Notes: a model not told the origin generated them from the sequence alone. A stretch of 64,000 nucleotides of DNA from an uncultured Gemmatimonadales bacterium (GCA_963716255.1 OY970303.1:1952001-2016000), one strand, 5' to 3'. Shown: positions 29,801 to 39,316, counted from the first letter of the stretch. Made by a program: numbers and translations.

Positions 29801-31781
29801 GCGCGTCGGCGCCGAAGCGCGACTCCACCCGCTCGCGAAGCTCCCCCAGCTTCCGGCCGCGCTCCACGAAATCCAGCGCGCGCGGCGGCGGCGAGTTCCA
29901 GGCGTCGCTGTGCAGCACGGCGAGCGGCGCCCCCGGCGAGCGGGCCAGCACCTCGCCCACCGCAACGGCCGTGCGCACCTCGGCGGCGGTGCGCACGGGC
30001 GGCAGGCTCAGCTCGGCCTCTACCCGGGCCGCCAGCTCCACGACGCGCGCCAGCCTGTCGCGCAGCCCGCCCAGGGCGTCGCGGGCGGTGTCCAGGTCGT
30101 GCTCGGTGTACAGGGCGCGCGTGGTGTCGCGCCACGGGTGCCCGGCGGGCTCGCCCACCCCGCGCACGGCCGCCGCCAGGTCGCCCAGCTCGCGCACGGC
30201 GGTCTCCAGCACCGCCCGCGTCACCTCCCCGAGGGGAGGAGTGAGCTTCACCTTGGGGGCGGCGAGCACCTGCTCCAGCTCGCCGTAGGCGCGGAAGGGG
30301 GAGATGGCGAGCACGCCGTGCGGCGCGTGCACCGCCCGCGCGTAGGCCGTCAGCTCGGCGCGCACCGTGGCCAGGCGCGGCGCGGAGGAGTCCCCGGCCC
30401 TGGCGCGCTGGAGCGAGGCGTCCAGCGCGGCCGCGATCTCCTTCATCACCGCGCGCTTGTTGGCCTTGGTGGAGTGCAGCTCCAGGCAGAACTCGCCCAG
30501 CCCGGCCTGCACCAGCCGCGAGTGCACCACTTCCAGCGCCGCCATCTTTTCCGCGACGAAGAGCACCGACTTGTCCTCGGCCAGCGCCTGCGCGATCAGG
30601 TTGGTGATGGTCTGCGACTTCCCCGTCCCCGGCGGCCCCTCCAGCACGAGGTCGTGTCCGCGGCTCACCGCCAGGATGGCGCGCAGCTGCGTGGAGTCGG
30701 CGTCCACCACCTGCGCCGTGGCCTCCGGCGGGAACTCGCGGTCCAGCTCGGCGGTGCGCACCTCGTCCGGGAGGCTGCGGATCTCGCCGCCGCTGCGCAG
30801 CACCACCTGCCTCACCAGCCGGTGCGCGCCCAGGGCGTCGGCGTTGGCCTCCAGGTCGCGGTACATCACGAACTTCTGGAAGGAGAAAAAGGACAGGTAC
30901 ACGTCCGTCTTCACCTGCCACCCCTCCTGCTCCGCCACCGCGGCGAGGGTGGCGCGGAAGAAGTCCTGGAGGTCGTACGTCTCGGGGAGGTCCGTGAGGT
31001 CGGGGAGCTCGGGGAGCGTGACGCCGTGCGTGCGATGGAGGTATTCGGCCAGCGCCGGGTTGACGATGGGGTCGTCCTCGGCGGCCCGGAGGGTGTAGCC
31101 CGCGCGCGCGTTGCCGCGGGCGAGCGCCACCGGGAGGAGCACCAGCGGCGCCCGCAGCACGGTCTTCTCCTTCGCCTCCGCCTCGCGGTAGTGGAGCATC
31201 CCCAGCGCCAGGAAGAGCGTGTTGACGCCCTGCTCCTCCAGGCTGGCGCGGGCCTGCTCGTCGATGCGCCGCAGCGACTTGTCCAGCGCCTCCGGGTCGG
31301 CCGTGGTCTGGAGCACGTCGTCCCTGTGCCGGACGTCCAGCCCGGTCGCCTCGTAGGGGACGAAGTCCAGCGAGGGCCCCGCCTCCTCCACCATGTCCTC
31401 CTCCGGCACGTCGCCCTCCGCCGCGGCGGCGGGGAGCGGCGGCGGGATCGTGGCATCCGCGGGCCATGGCGCCGGTCCTCCCGCGCCGGGCACGGCCGGC
31501 GCCACCGGCTCGGGCGGCGGCGGGGGCGGAGCCGGCTGGAAGCGCATTGCCTTTTCGCGCAGGTAGAGGTGCCGGAACGCCTCCGCCGGCTGCTCGTCCA
31601 CGATGGCGAGGGTGGTGACCTTGTTGGGCTTGAAGTTCAGGGCGCGGTTGCGCTTGCTGACGTCCAGGAGCTTCCGCTTCCAGTTCTGGAGCGTCGCGGC
31701 GACGCGCGCGTCGTCGGGCTCGGGCGCGGCAGGGCTGCCGGCGTCGGATCCCGCTGCGAGGTCCGGCTGGGTGGTGGACAT
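26850..31781 (-). CDS. DUF4011 - SF1 (Upf1-like) helicase - Vsr/DUF559-like endonuclease - DUF3320 protein (HhE-like)
   Basis: WKRKLLDVSKRNRALNF; GPPGTGKS; VVFDEASQ; GDPKQLPP; WHYRS; QGDERD; RRLNVLTTRAR; SPFE...YRIDF...GIECDG...RDRDRLRQQVLEARGW...WSTDW. Confidence 0.9.
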   Translation of the reverse strand: MSTTQPDLAAGSDAGSPAAPEPDDARVAATLQNWKRKLLDVSKRNRALNFKPNKVTTLAIVDEQPAEAFRHLYLREKAMRFQPAPPPPPPEPVAPAVPGAGGPAPWPADATIPPPLPAAAAEGDVPEEDMVEEAGPSLDFVPYEATGLDVRHRDDVLQTTADPEALDKSLRRIDEQARASLEEQGVNTLFLALGMLHYREAEAKEKTVLRAPLVLLPVALARGNARAGYTLRAAEDDPIVNPALAEYLHRTHGVTLPELPDLTDLPETYDLQDFFRATLAAVAEQEGWQVKTDVYLSFFSFQKFVMYRDLEANADALGAHRLVRQVVLRSGGEIRSLPDEVRTAELDREFPPEATAQVVDADSTQLRAILAVSRGHDLVLEGPPGTGKSQTITNLIAQALAEDKSVLFVAEKMAALEVVHSRLVQAGLGEFCLELHSTKANKRAVMKEIAAALDASLQRARAGDSSAPRLATVRAELTAYARAVHAPHGVLAISPFRAYGELEQVLAAPKVKLTPPLGEVTRAVLETAVRELGDLAAAVRGVGEPAGHPWRDTTRALYTEHDLDTARDALGGLRDRLARVVELAARVEAELSLPPVRTAAEVRTAVAVGEVLARSPGAPLAVLHSDAWNSPPPRALDFVERGRKLGELRERVESRFGADALEQDHAGDAAFMEARETSPFRFLNFLSGRHRAVKRRWLAYRLPGYSGSLLDQAGEMRKVDALRRERAALAADDAQARELFGGLWQGERSDWEALDGYVRWVVEFRGLCVAHGLREQAIATAAQPRPDVSAVQALRDESAALERELAELRAHVGWPADYLAADPLAEVAARLAAMHDALGLAPRWAAFESVRARVAAGLAAELLEPAMRGEVAFDQLAPALRRAFLQRWLGEVVREREPLRAFHTLTHEERVAEFRRLDRRVLEENRARLVATVRDRVQARLREPAAAGGLPFLRRQLTLQRGLSPLRTTLQRSYATVRAIKPVFMMSPLTVAQLLEGRTGAFDLVVFDEASQLPAEDAVGAIGRGKQLVVVGDPKQLPPTNFFAVMSGTVAAPVDEEGVPLFEDSESILEEFMGSGSPRTRLRWHYRSAHESLISFSNVSFYDAELYTFPSVETAGHAAGLSFEHVADGVYEGKGLNLVEARRVADAVVRHAKEHPGTSLGVGTFNLRQQLAIQDELEARRRADPSLEPFFARDRGEPFFVKNLENIQGDERDVIFLSVTYAKDADGVLRYNFGPLNGENGWRRLNVLTTRARQGMRVFSSMRGEEINPTHAASQGPRLLREFLVYAEHGRLEVSAAPTGAEEGSPFEREVQAELARRGVVLHPQVGVAGYRIDFGVVDDEVPGRYVCGIECDGVAYHASESARDRDRLRQQVLEARGWTLHRLWSTDWFKDREGQAARLLELIGRSREEARRRAAADAAAAPEEAPAESGLPTNTAPAASAVAELPDADGEEAGVETEAVPAGAQGEPYAFAPDGVAHEGDFNAAPAPLVGRAVEEVAAVEAPLHLADLAARVVARWGCERVGPRMMQRVREVAEALAKRGRVEVRGEFVHAAGAREVPVRTRAGTRIPAERIAPEEFRAAVLRLLRAGDGVDRKALTAGVRRLFGFGRTGPTLDAAIGAAIDALLAEEVLGEGSTGIRLRE

Positions 31782-31935
31782 CGGCTGGGGTTCGTGGGGT
31801 GGCGCGGAGACTGCCGCGGCCCGGGAGGCGGGCCGCCACTCAGGTTACGGGGCGACGCGGGAGGAAACAAGGAGGGATCCACCGGACCCAACCGGCGGCC
31901 AGGGGTTGCCGGAGCCGGGGGACGCGCTACCGCCC

Positions 31936-32085
31936 GCGTGAGGGATTTCGGCCCGAAAGGGCGAGACCCGGCGGCAGTTTGCCGGGGCTCGACTCCGTTA
32001 CGCACAGTTTCATCGTGCGTTACGGAGCCGAAGCCCGACCCCGGCGCCCGCCGGGGGCACGCCCGAACCCGCCGTTCAGAGCCGT
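31936..32085 (-). repeat. Structured intergenic repeat, copy 5
   Basis: Reverse-complement consensus. Confidence 0.9.
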
Positions 32086-32111
32086 TCAGCTCGTCGCAAC
32101 CGGATCCGCGG

Positions 32112-32570
32112 CTACAGAACCGTCCGCATCAGCACGCACTGCTCGCCGTGGTGCTCCGCCGGCCCGAGCACGCTCCACCCGAGCCGGCGGTACCACCCCT
32201 CGCGGTCGGTGGCGAACAGGTACATCTCGCCGAACCCCATCTCCCGCGCCCGCTGTTCCGCGGCGCGCACCAGCACCTCGCCCACGCCGCGCCCCCGCGC
32301 GTCGGTCCGCACGTACATGCCGCCCAGCCAGGGCGTCAGCTCCGGCCGCGAGGCCATCTCCGCGGGGCGCAGGCTCGCCGTGCCCACGGGCGCGCCGCCC
32401 TCCAGCGCCACCAGCGCGAGCGGGAGCGTGTCGCGGCCCAGGTGCGTGCGCAGCTTGTCGCGGAACCCCTCCACCGTTCCCCAGGACACCGTGTGCCCCC
32501 ACTCGGCGTGGAACCAGTCCGCCAGCACGGGAACGTGCTCCGGGCAGTCGGCCAGGTCGCGGATCTCCAT
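32112..32570 (-). CDS. GNAT N-acetyltransferase
   Basis: WLGGMYVRTDARGRGVG, WYRRLGW. Confidence 0.88.
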   Translation of the reverse strand: MEIRDLADCPEHVPVLADWFHAEWGHTVSWGTVEGFRDKLRTHLGRDTLPLALVALEGGAPVGTASLRPAEMASRPELTPWLGGMYVRTDARGRGVGEVLVRAAEQRAREMGFGEMYLFATDREGWYRRLGWSVLGPAEHHGEQCVLMRTVL

Positions 32571-33335
32571 CTACTCGTACAGGTCGGACGGGTCGGCGGC
32601 GGCGAGCTCCACCAGGAAGCCGGCGATGCGCTCCGCGACCGCGTCCAGGAAGGCACGCCCCTTTTCCGGGGTGGCGGCGGCGGGATCGCCCACGCCGGTG
32701 TCGGCGGACACGGCGGTCCAGCGGCGCGGCGTCCACGCCCACCCCTCGCGGAAGGCGGCGATGCGCGGGCGGCGCTCGGCCCCGTCGCCCGCCTCCGCCA
32801 GCGGGAGCACCAGCTCCGGGGCCACGTGCATCATCACGCTGGTCTCCAGCTCCCCCGCGTGGTCGCCCGGCTCCGCGAAGAACGGCGCCGCGTCCACGGT
32901 CTTCCACCAGTTCACGGCGCACAGCAGCACGCCGGTGCGCGGCTGGAGCTCGCGGATCATCTGCCGGAAGTCGTTTCCGCCGTGCCCGTTCAGCACCACC
33001 AGCCTGCGGATCCCCTGCCCCTCCAGCGAGGCCACCAGGTCCGCCAGCACCGCGGCCTGGGTGCCCGGGTTCAGGTTGAGGCAGAGCGGGATGTCCAGCT
33101 GCCCCGTCTGCACGCCGAAGGGAACGGTGGGGAGCACGACCACCTTCGCACCCGCCTCCCACGCGCGCCGCGCCGCCTCCGCCGCCACGCGGTCGCACTG
33201 GACGACGTCGGTGGCGTAGGGGAGGTGGAAGTTGTGCGCCTCGGTGGCGCCCCAGGGGAGCACGGCGACCTCGAAGGCGGTGCCGCGCACCGCCTTCCAG
33301 CTGGTCTCCGCGAGGATGTACGGGCGTCCCGCCAT
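32571..33335 (-). CDS. Creatininase family protein
   Basis: LPWGATEAHNFHLP..TD, NGHGGN, HAGELETS. Confidence 0.9.
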   Translation of the reverse strand: MAGRPYILAETSWKAVRGTAFEVAVLPWGATEAHNFHLPYATDVVQCDRVAAEAARRAWEAGAKVVVLPTVPFGVQTGQLDIPLCLNLNPGTQAAVLADLVASLEGQGIRRLVVLNGHGGNDFRQMIRELQPRTGVLLCAVNWWKTVDAAPFFAEPGDHAGELETSVMMHVAPELVLPLAEAGDGAERRPRIAAFREGWAWTPRRWTAVSADTGVGDPAAATPEKGRAFLDAVAERIAGFLVELAAADPSDLYE

Positions 33336-33429
33336 TCGCCTGCGCCTCGGAGGTGGGAGGGTCCACGAACCGGCCGCCGGGCCGGTGGGCGGCAAGTTAC
33401 CACGCCCTCCCGGCCGGCTCCAGCCCCGG

Positions 33430-34785
33430 TCAGGGGGGCGGCGCGGCGAGCTGCGGCGCCTGCCAGGGCTCCAGGCGGCGGTGCACGCGGCCGCCGCGGA
33501 CCACGTACTCCACCGTCTGCGTGTTGCGGATGTCCGCGGCCGGGTCCGCGCGCAGCACCACTAGGTCGGCGAGCCTGCCCACCGCCACCGTCCCCAGCGA
33601 GTCCTGCGCCCCCAGCGCCCGGGCGCCCGCCTGGGTGGCGGCGCGGATGGCCTCCAGCGGCGCGAGCCCCGCCCGCTTCACCAGCATCTGCATCTCCGAG
33701 TGGATGTTGGGCGTTTCCATCCCCAGCGCGTCGGTCCCGGCCACGATGGGGATGCCCAGCGCGTGCGCGCGCCGGGTGACGTCGGCGGCCCAGGCCAGCA
33801 GGCTGTCGGTCCGCGCGCGGTCGGCGCCCCCGGCGCGCGCCGCGCCCAGCGCCATCACCAGCAGCGTGGGCTCCAGCAGGGTCCCGCGCCGGCGCATGGA
33901 ATCCAGCAGCGCGCCGATGGGAGCCGACGCGGCGGGCGCCTCGCGCAGGAGACGGCTCCGCACGGCGCGGCTCCCGATGCTGTCGCCGGCCCGGGCGGCG
34001 GCCCAGACGAGCTGGTCGGCGTGGCTCACCACGTCGACCCCGGCGGCGGCGACCTCCCCCGGCCGCGCGGGAGGCACCACCGCGTGGCTCCACGCCCGCA
34101 GTCCCCGCCGGTGCGCCGCGGCCGCGAGCGCCGCCAGGCGGTCCGCCGGCACGTCGGAGTACACCTTGATGCCGGTGGCCCCCAGCCGGCGCGCCTCCTC
34201 GGCGATCGCCTCCACCTGGCCGTCGGCCGCGAGCATCCTCACCCCCGGCGCGCCGCCGGGCGGCGAGCCCCCGGACCAGTAGCGGATGCGCGCCGAGTCG
34301 TAGGTGGCGAACCACCCCGGCCCCGCCACCACGGCGGAAAAGAAGATGCGCGGCGACTCCGCCGTGTCGCGGCGCGCCTCCGCGGCGAGCGCGGCCACGA
34401 TCCCGGGGTTGCCGCCCATGTCGCGCACCGCCGTCACCCCGCCGAGCAGCGCGTAGCGGAGGAGCGCGCGCTGCATGCCGCCGCGGTCGAAGGTGGCGAG
34501 GTGCGCGTGCGAGTCGATGAGCCCCGGGATCACGTACATCCCCCGCAGGTCGAGCACCGTCGCCCCGGCGGGGAGGGCCCGGCTCCCGGCCGGAAAGATC
34601 TCCGCGATGCGCCGCCCGCGGACCACGAGCGTCGTGTTGGGCCGCGGGGCCGCGCCGGTTCCGTCCACCACGGTGGCTCCCGCGAGCACCAGCACCGCCT
34701 CCGGCGGCGCCGGACGCGACTCGGCGCCCGCGCAGGCGGAGAGCAAAGCCGCGGCGATCAGGAACGGGAGACGGCGGAGGCGCAT
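33430..34785 (-). CDS. Amidohydrolase-family lipoprotein
   Basis: Lipobox LSAC; PGLIDSHAH; GVTAVRDMG; AGTDA; GRLADLVVL. Confidence 0.88.
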   Translation of the reverse strand: MRLRRLPFLIAAALLSACAGAESRPAPPEAVLVLAGATVVDGTGAAPRPNTTLVVRGRRIAEIFPAGSRALPAGATVLDLRGMYVIPGLIDSHAHLATFDRGGMQRALLRYALLGGVTAVRDMGGNPGIVAALAAEARRDTAESPRIFFSAVVAGPGWFATYDSARIRYWSGGSPPGGAPGVRMLAADGQVEAIAEEARRLGATGIKVYSDVPADRLAALAAAAHRRGLRAWSHAVVPPARPGEVAAAGVDVVSHADQLVWAAARAGDSIGSRAVRSRLLREAPAASAPIGALLDSMRRRGTLLEPTLLVMALGAARAGGADRARTDSLLAWAADVTRRAHALGIPIVAGTDALGMETPNIHSEMQMLVKRAGLAPLEAIRAATQAGARALGAQDSLGTVAVGRLADLVVLRADPAADIRNTQTVEYVVRGGRVHRRLEPWQAPQLAAPPP

Positions 34786-34920
34786 GGGCGGGCCGGGAGC
34801 GGAGGAGACAAGGAGCACCCTGCGGAAGGATGGCGCGGGGAACGGACGTGCGAAAGTGCGGGAGTGCGAAGTACGTGAACAGCGCCCTCCTCGCGGCTGC
34901 CTTGAAGCCGGCCGACAGAG

Positions 34921-35040
34921 CCCCCCATCCCCCCGGCCCCCTTCCCCCGCAAGCGAGGGAAGGGGGAGCACGACTGATCGGTGCAGTTCTCCCCTCCCTC
35001 GCTTGCGGGGAAGGGGTGGCGCGCAGCGCCGGGGGGGGGG
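34921..35040. repeat. REP/BIME-like palindrome pair
   Basis: Two inverted C-rich/G-rich hairpins around a spacer, mirroring 7874-7996. Confidence 0.65.
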
Positions 35041-35064
35041 CCCGCGGACGCCAGCGCGAGCCCC

Positions 35065-35218
35065 GCGTGAGGGATTTCGGCCCGAAGGGGCGAGACCCGG
35101 CGGGGCTGTTTCCGCCGGGTCTCGACTCCGTTACGCACAGTTTTATCGTGCGTTACGGAGCCGAAGCCCGACCCCGGCGCCAGCCGGGGGCACGCCCGAA
35201 CCCGCCGTCCAAAGCCGT
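35065..35218 (-). repeat. Structured intergenic repeat, copy 6
   Basis: Begins directly after the doxX TGA. Confidence 0.9.
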
Positions 35219-35746
35219 TCAGTCCCCTCCGCCCGCCAGCGCCCGGTCCGCCGACGCCGACCCGCCGCCCAGCACCATCACCGCCACCGAAATCCCCAGC
35301 GCCAGCAGGTGGTACTCGATCCCCTCCCCCGGCTGGCTGCCGAACCAGTTCATGAAGAACCCGTTGGCCGCGTGCACCATCAGCATGGACACCGCCATGA
35401 CGCTCGCCACCCCGAACGCCGCCACCCGCGTGAGCAGCCCCGTCGCCAGCCCGATGGGCCCCAGGAACTCCGCAGCGATCGCCAGGGCGCCGAAGAGCGC
35501 CGGGATCCCCATGGAGCCGAAGAACCCCATGGTCCCCTCGATCCCGTAGCCGCCGAACCAGCCGAGCGCCTTCTGCGCCCCGTGCGGAAAGATCACCGCC
35601 GCCAGCGTCAGCCGCAGCAGCACCGGCGCCAGTCCCGCGTCCGTCCGCATGACCGCGCGCAGCGCCGCCGGAAGCCGGCTCCCTTCCGCCGCCCGCGCGT
35701 GCGCCGGCGCCTTCGCCATCCCCGTGATCGTCGCCTGCTGGCTCAT
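35219..35746 (-). CDS. DoxX family membrane protein
   Basis: LLRLTLAAVIFPHGAQKALGWFGG, GEGIEYHLL. Confidence 0.88.
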   Translation of the reverse strand: MSQQATITGMAKAPAHARAAEGSRLPAALRAVMRTDAGLAPVLLRLTLAAVIFPHGAQKALGWFGGYGIEGTMGFFGSMGIPALFGALAIAAEFLGPIGLATGLLTRVAAFGVASVMAVSMLMVHAANGFFMNWFGSQPGEGIEYHLLALGISVAVMVLGGGSASADRALAGGGD

Positions 35747-35789
35747 CGTACCCCCCCTCGTGGTGATGGGCACAGCGCCCAATGAATGC

Positions 35790-35808
35790 CTGATCAATGG
35801 TTGATCAG
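35790..35808. promoter_or_regulatory. Candidate repressor operator upstream of doxX
   Basis: Perfect inverted repeat CTGATCAA-tgg-TTGATCAG in an AT-rich gap. Confidence 0.5.
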
Positions 35809-35830
35809 ACATGTAAAACCACAATTTTTT

Positions 35831-36307
35831 TTAGCCCAGTCCGGCACGGACGCGGTCCAGCAGCTCGATCAGCCGCTCCGTTTCCGCGTCGTCCAGCATG
35901 GCGAGGGCATCGGTGTCCTCGCCGTTCACCGTCTCGTCCATGCGCGCCAGCAGCTCCAGCCCCGCCGGCGTGATGGTGACCAGCACCTGCCGCCGGTCCT
36001 CGGCGCAACGCTCGCGCGCCACCCAGCCCTTGGCCTCGATCCGGTCCAGCAGCCGGGTCACGCCCGGCGCCTGCTCCACCATGCGCTCCCCGATCTCCAG
36101 CGTGGGCAGCGGACCCCCGGCGCCGCGCAGGATGCGCAGCACGTTGAACTGCTGGAGCGTCACCCCGTAGCGCTCCACCACCGCCGAGACGCGCCGCCGG
36201 ATCAGGTCCGCCGTGCGCAGAACGCCCAGCGTCGCCTCCTGGTGGAGCGACCCGAACGGGCGGTTCTGCCGGATCTCGCGCTGGAGCGCACTGGTCTCGC
36301 GTGCCAT
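35831..36307 (-). CDS. MarR family transcriptional regulator
   Basis: GVTLQQFNVLRIL, VTRLLDRIEAKGWVAR...EDRRQVLVTITPAG. Confidence 0.92.
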   Translation of the reverse strand: MARETSALQREIRQNRPFGSLHQEATLGVLRTADLIRRRVSAVVERYGVTLQQFNVLRILRGAGGPLPTLEIGERMVEQAPGVTRLLDRIEAKGWVARERCAEDRRQVLVTITPAGLELLARMDETVNGEDTDALAMLDDAETERLIELLDRVRAGLG

Positions 36308-36314
36308 GGCAGAT

Positions 36315-36343
36315 AGTATACCCTACATCAAATGACTAGTCAA
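36315..36343 (-). promoter_or_regulatory. Sigma70-type promoter, probably leaderless, for the MarR gene
   Basis: TTGACT-N17-TATACT with ATG 7 nt downstream; palindrome TGACTAGTCA (36333-36342) overlaps the -35. Confidence 0.7.
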
Positions 36344-36370
36344 GTATTTCGTGAAGGACGATGGGGAGCT

Positions 36371-36524
36371 GCGGGTTCGGGCATGCCCCCCCGCGGGGCG
36401 CGGGGGTCGGGCTGCGGCTCCGTAAGCCCGCAAACAACGCGGGCTAACGGAGTCGAGCCCGCGCCAGTACCTCTGAACTGAGGTGCCGCGCGGTCTCGCC
36501 CCTTCGGGCCGACATCCCTCATGC
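36371..36524 (+). repeat. Structured intergenic repeat, copy 7 (variant)
   Basis: Closing stem GCATG/CATGC instead of GCGTG/CACGC; longer P5 arm. Confidence 0.85.
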
Positions 36525-36566
36525 GGCCCCCTCCCCCCACCCGGAACCGGCAGACGGTGGCGGCCC

Positions 36567-36908
36567 TCAGGTCTCCGGGCGAGAGCGCGCCCGCCTTCCC
36601 TTCCACCCGAACTCCTTCAGCGACACCCTTCCCCGCGCGTCGAACTCCACCCCCTCGTGCTCCAGCCGGATGCGCTGCGTCACCGCGCCGCCGGAGTGCG
36701 GGCCGCGGGCGCTGACGGCGCCCTGCGCGTTGATCACCCGGTGCCAGGGAACGGTGCTGCTCTCCGACATGGCGGCGAGCGCGTAGCCCACCTGTCGGGC
36801 GTGGCCGGGGAGGCCCGCCAGCTCGGCCACCTGGCCGTAGGTGGCCACCCGCCCCTTCGGGATCCGCCGCACCACCGCGTAGATCCGCTCGTAGTCTCCC
36901 TCCGGCAT
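36567..36908 (-). CDS. Alkyltransferase-like protein (MGMT family, ATL type)
   Basis: IPKGRVATYGQVA, ARQVG, PWHRV (Trp in place of the catalytic Cys). Confidence 0.9.
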   Translation of the reverse strand: MPEGDYERIYAVVRRIPKGRVATYGQVAELAGLPGHARQVGYALAAMSESSTVPWHRVINAQGAVSARGPHSGGAVTQRIRLEHEGVEFDARGRVSLKEFGWKGRRARSRPET

Positions 36909-36927
36909 GCGCGCCTCCTGGCGGCGG

Positions 36928-38547
36928 TCAGGGCACCGCGTCGCGGGTCCGCAGGACGGGGTACGCCCGGACGTCCTCGAGCGCTTCGTCCAGCAGCCCC
37001 CAGTTGGCGAAGCCGTCGTCCGAGCGCGGCTCCAGCAGGACGAAGGCGAGGCGGCCCAGCGGCTGGTCCACCGGCACCACCAGCGTCCCGGCCGGCACCT
37101 CGCGCTCCGCCGCGGGCGCGTACCGCCCGAAGAGGGTTCGCTCGCGGTGCCCCTGGAAGGGCTGCGGCGCCGCCTGCGCCGAATCGATGCGGAACTCCTC
37201 CACCCGCACCCGCAGCGGCCGCTCCAGCGCGCGGAAGCGCACCCCGTGCGCGCCCAGCCGCTCCACCACCGCGGTCAGCGAGGGCGGCACCAGGTAGGCC
37301 CGGGGGGCGCGGTCCGTTTCCGTGGCCTCGAAGGTCCCGTACTCCGCCATCCGCTCGGGCCGCTTCACATCCAGGCGGCGCATCATCGGCTCGCCGGTGT
37401 AGGGGTTCCGCTCCTCGCGCACCGCGCCCATCAGGATCTCCACCGGGCGCGGCCCTCGCAGCGTCCTCGCCCGCAGCGCCAGCGTCTCCCCAACCACACT
37501 TGCGCGGTCCGCGGCCTCCGTCGCCCGGCGGATGCGGCCGGCGTTCGCCCCGGCGTAGTCCAGCACCTCCTCCACGAAGCGCCGCGTGGTCTCGATGCGC
37601 TCCCGGAAGGTCAGGTAGGCGTACGCCTCGCTCAGGATCCCGAAGCGACCCCGCAGCCCCGCGTAGTTGTTGCCGAAGCGCGGGCGGTGGTCGAAGGTGT
37701 ACCAGCCGCGCTCCGCCCCCGGCGCCGCCGCCCAGGTCGACTCCGGGCTGGGGACGTTGCCGTAGTAGTACGCGTCCCAGCCGTCGCGCGCCTTCAGGCC
37801 GCGCGTCACCGCGGGGAGCCAGTCGCCGCGCAGCAGCTCCGTGATGGCGGCCGGGGTCGCCGGGTGCAGCGGGGGCGCGTAGGTGAGGTGGTAGGCGTGG
37901 TACGTCCCGTTGGTGGTGTGCAGGTCCACCAGCACGTGCGGGTCGTAGCGGTTCACCATCTCCAGCAGCGAGTGCGCCTCCGGCGAGTCCAGCTTGGTGT
38001 GGTCGCGGTTCAGGTCCAGCCCCTGCGCGTTGGGGCGCTGCCCCATCCCGCCCACGGGCCCGTGCTGGTGCGGGCGGTTCACCAGGCTCACTCGCTCGTT
38101 GCCGTCCGCGTTGTAGATGGGGGCGACGAGCAGCACCAGCGAGTCCGCCCAGCCGCGGTGCTCCCCGTTCACCAGGTCGCGCAGCAGCACCAGCGTGGCC
38201 TCCTTCCCCTCCACCTCCCCGGCGTGGATGTTCCCCTGCACGTACACCCGCGTCCGCCCGGTCGCGCGCACCGCCTCCGGGCTCGCATCCGGCACCCGCC
38301 CCCACACCGCGAGCGGCAGGGGGCGCCCCTCCAGGCTGTAGCCCATCGTCGTCAGGTGAAGCATCTCCGGGGCGGCCCGCTGGGCCGCCTCCAGGAAGGC
38401 CACCACCTCGTCGTAGCGGCTGGTCTCGCGGTAGTCCGTGCGCTCCGGGCGCGTCCGCAGGGTGAAGGGGCCGCCCTGCGCCCCCGCGGCGGAGGCGGCC
38501 AGGAGCGGGAGCGCGGCGGCGAGCGCCAGGGTGCGGAGTGCGGGCAT
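36928..38547 (-). CDS. M14 family zinc carboxypeptidase, secreted
   Basis: IHAGEVEG, YNADGNE, DLNRD, DLHTTNG; signal peptide. Confidence 0.9.
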   Translation of the reverse strand: MPALRTLALAAALPLLAASAAGAQGGPFTLRTRPERTDYRETSRYDEVVAFLEAAQRAAPEMLHLTTMGYSLEGRPLPLAVWGRVPDASPEAVRATGRTRVYVQGNIHAGEVEGKEATLVLLRDLVNGEHRGWADSLVLLVAPIYNADGNERVSLVNRPHQHGPVGGMGQRPNAQGLDLNRDHTKLDSPEAHSLLEMVNRYDPHVLVDLHTTNGTYHAYHLTYAPPLHPATPAAITELLRGDWLPAVTRGLKARDGWDAYYYGNVPSPESTWAAAPGAERGWYTFDHRPRFGNNYAGLRGRFGILSEAYAYLTFRERIETTRRFVEEVLDYAGANAGRIRRATEAADRASVVGETLALRARTLRGPRPVEILMGAVREERNPYTGEPMMRRLDVKRPERMAEYGTFEATETDRAPRAYLVPPSLTAVVERLGAHGVRFRALERPLRVRVEEFRIDSAQAAPQPFQGHRERTLFGRYAPAAEREVPAGTLVVPVDQPLGRLAFVLLEPRSDDGFANWGLLDEALEDVRAYPVLRTRDAVP

Positions 38548-38754
38548 CGGCGTCCGGGTGCGTGCGGGGTGAGGCGGCGCGCCGAGCGGCGGCGCCCCCC
38601 GGAAACGTAGCCGTTTCGCCGCGAGCTGCAACCGGGCGCGCCGCCCCACTCCCGGCTTGCGTGCGGCAGCGCTCTCTCTTAGTGTATACAGTGTAAACCA
38701 AACGATTTTGGACAGAATGGACAAGACCGGGAAGAGCCCGGCGAGCCCGACCAC

Positions 38755-39192
38755 GTGTCGTTCAGCGCGGCTCGTGGGTGGCTCATCGTCCGCCACAACG
38801 ACACCCCGTACCGCGACCTCGCCGACGAGATCGGCATCAGCAAGAGCTCGGTCGAGAAGCTGGTGAACGAGGACAGGGCCCCAAAAGGCAACCTGTCCAA
38901 GCTGGTCCGCTGGTACCTCAAGGACCGCCGAGCCCGCTACGGTTCCTTGCCGGACGACGAGTACATGGAGGTCGCGGTCCTGGACAGCCTCCGCAACCTG
39001 GCCGAGGCAGACCGGCCGGAGGCGCTCCGCCAGACCTTGGAGCACTACGAGCGGCTGCACGACTCGCGCAGGGCTCCCCGCCCCGAATGGCTGGTGCGGC
39101 TGCGCGCCGTGGTGGACCGCGGCCCGGGCGGCGATCCCCCCGCCCCCGGCGTGGAGTACCCCGTCCGCCCCCGCGCGCGGAAGGGCGCCTGA
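38755..39192 (+). CDS. HTH-like hypothetical protein, paralog 1
   Basis: YRDLADEIGISKSSVEKLV...LVRWY...APRPEWLVRLR; start uncertain. Confidence 0.65.
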   Translation: MSFSAARGWLIVRHNDTPYRDLADEIGISKSSVEKLVNEDRAPKGNLSKLVRWYLKDRRARYGSLPDDEYMEVAVLDSLRNLAEADRPEALRQTLEHYERLHDSRRAPRPEWLVRLRAVVDRGPGGDPPAPGVEYPVRPRARKGA

Positions 39193-39316
39193 CCCGCGGC
39201 TGCCGTGCGCGAACGGCGCGGCACCTTGCCCCGCGGTGGGCGGGCCCCTAATCTTTCCAGTGTACTCCTAGAAAAAGTAAACAGAGCATACGCCGCGGCG
39301 GGCCCTCCGTGACGGG

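Noticed and set aside
36567..36908. Active O6-methylguanine methyltransferase (ogt)
   Set aside because: PWHRV lacks the acceptor cysteine, so it is ATL-type.
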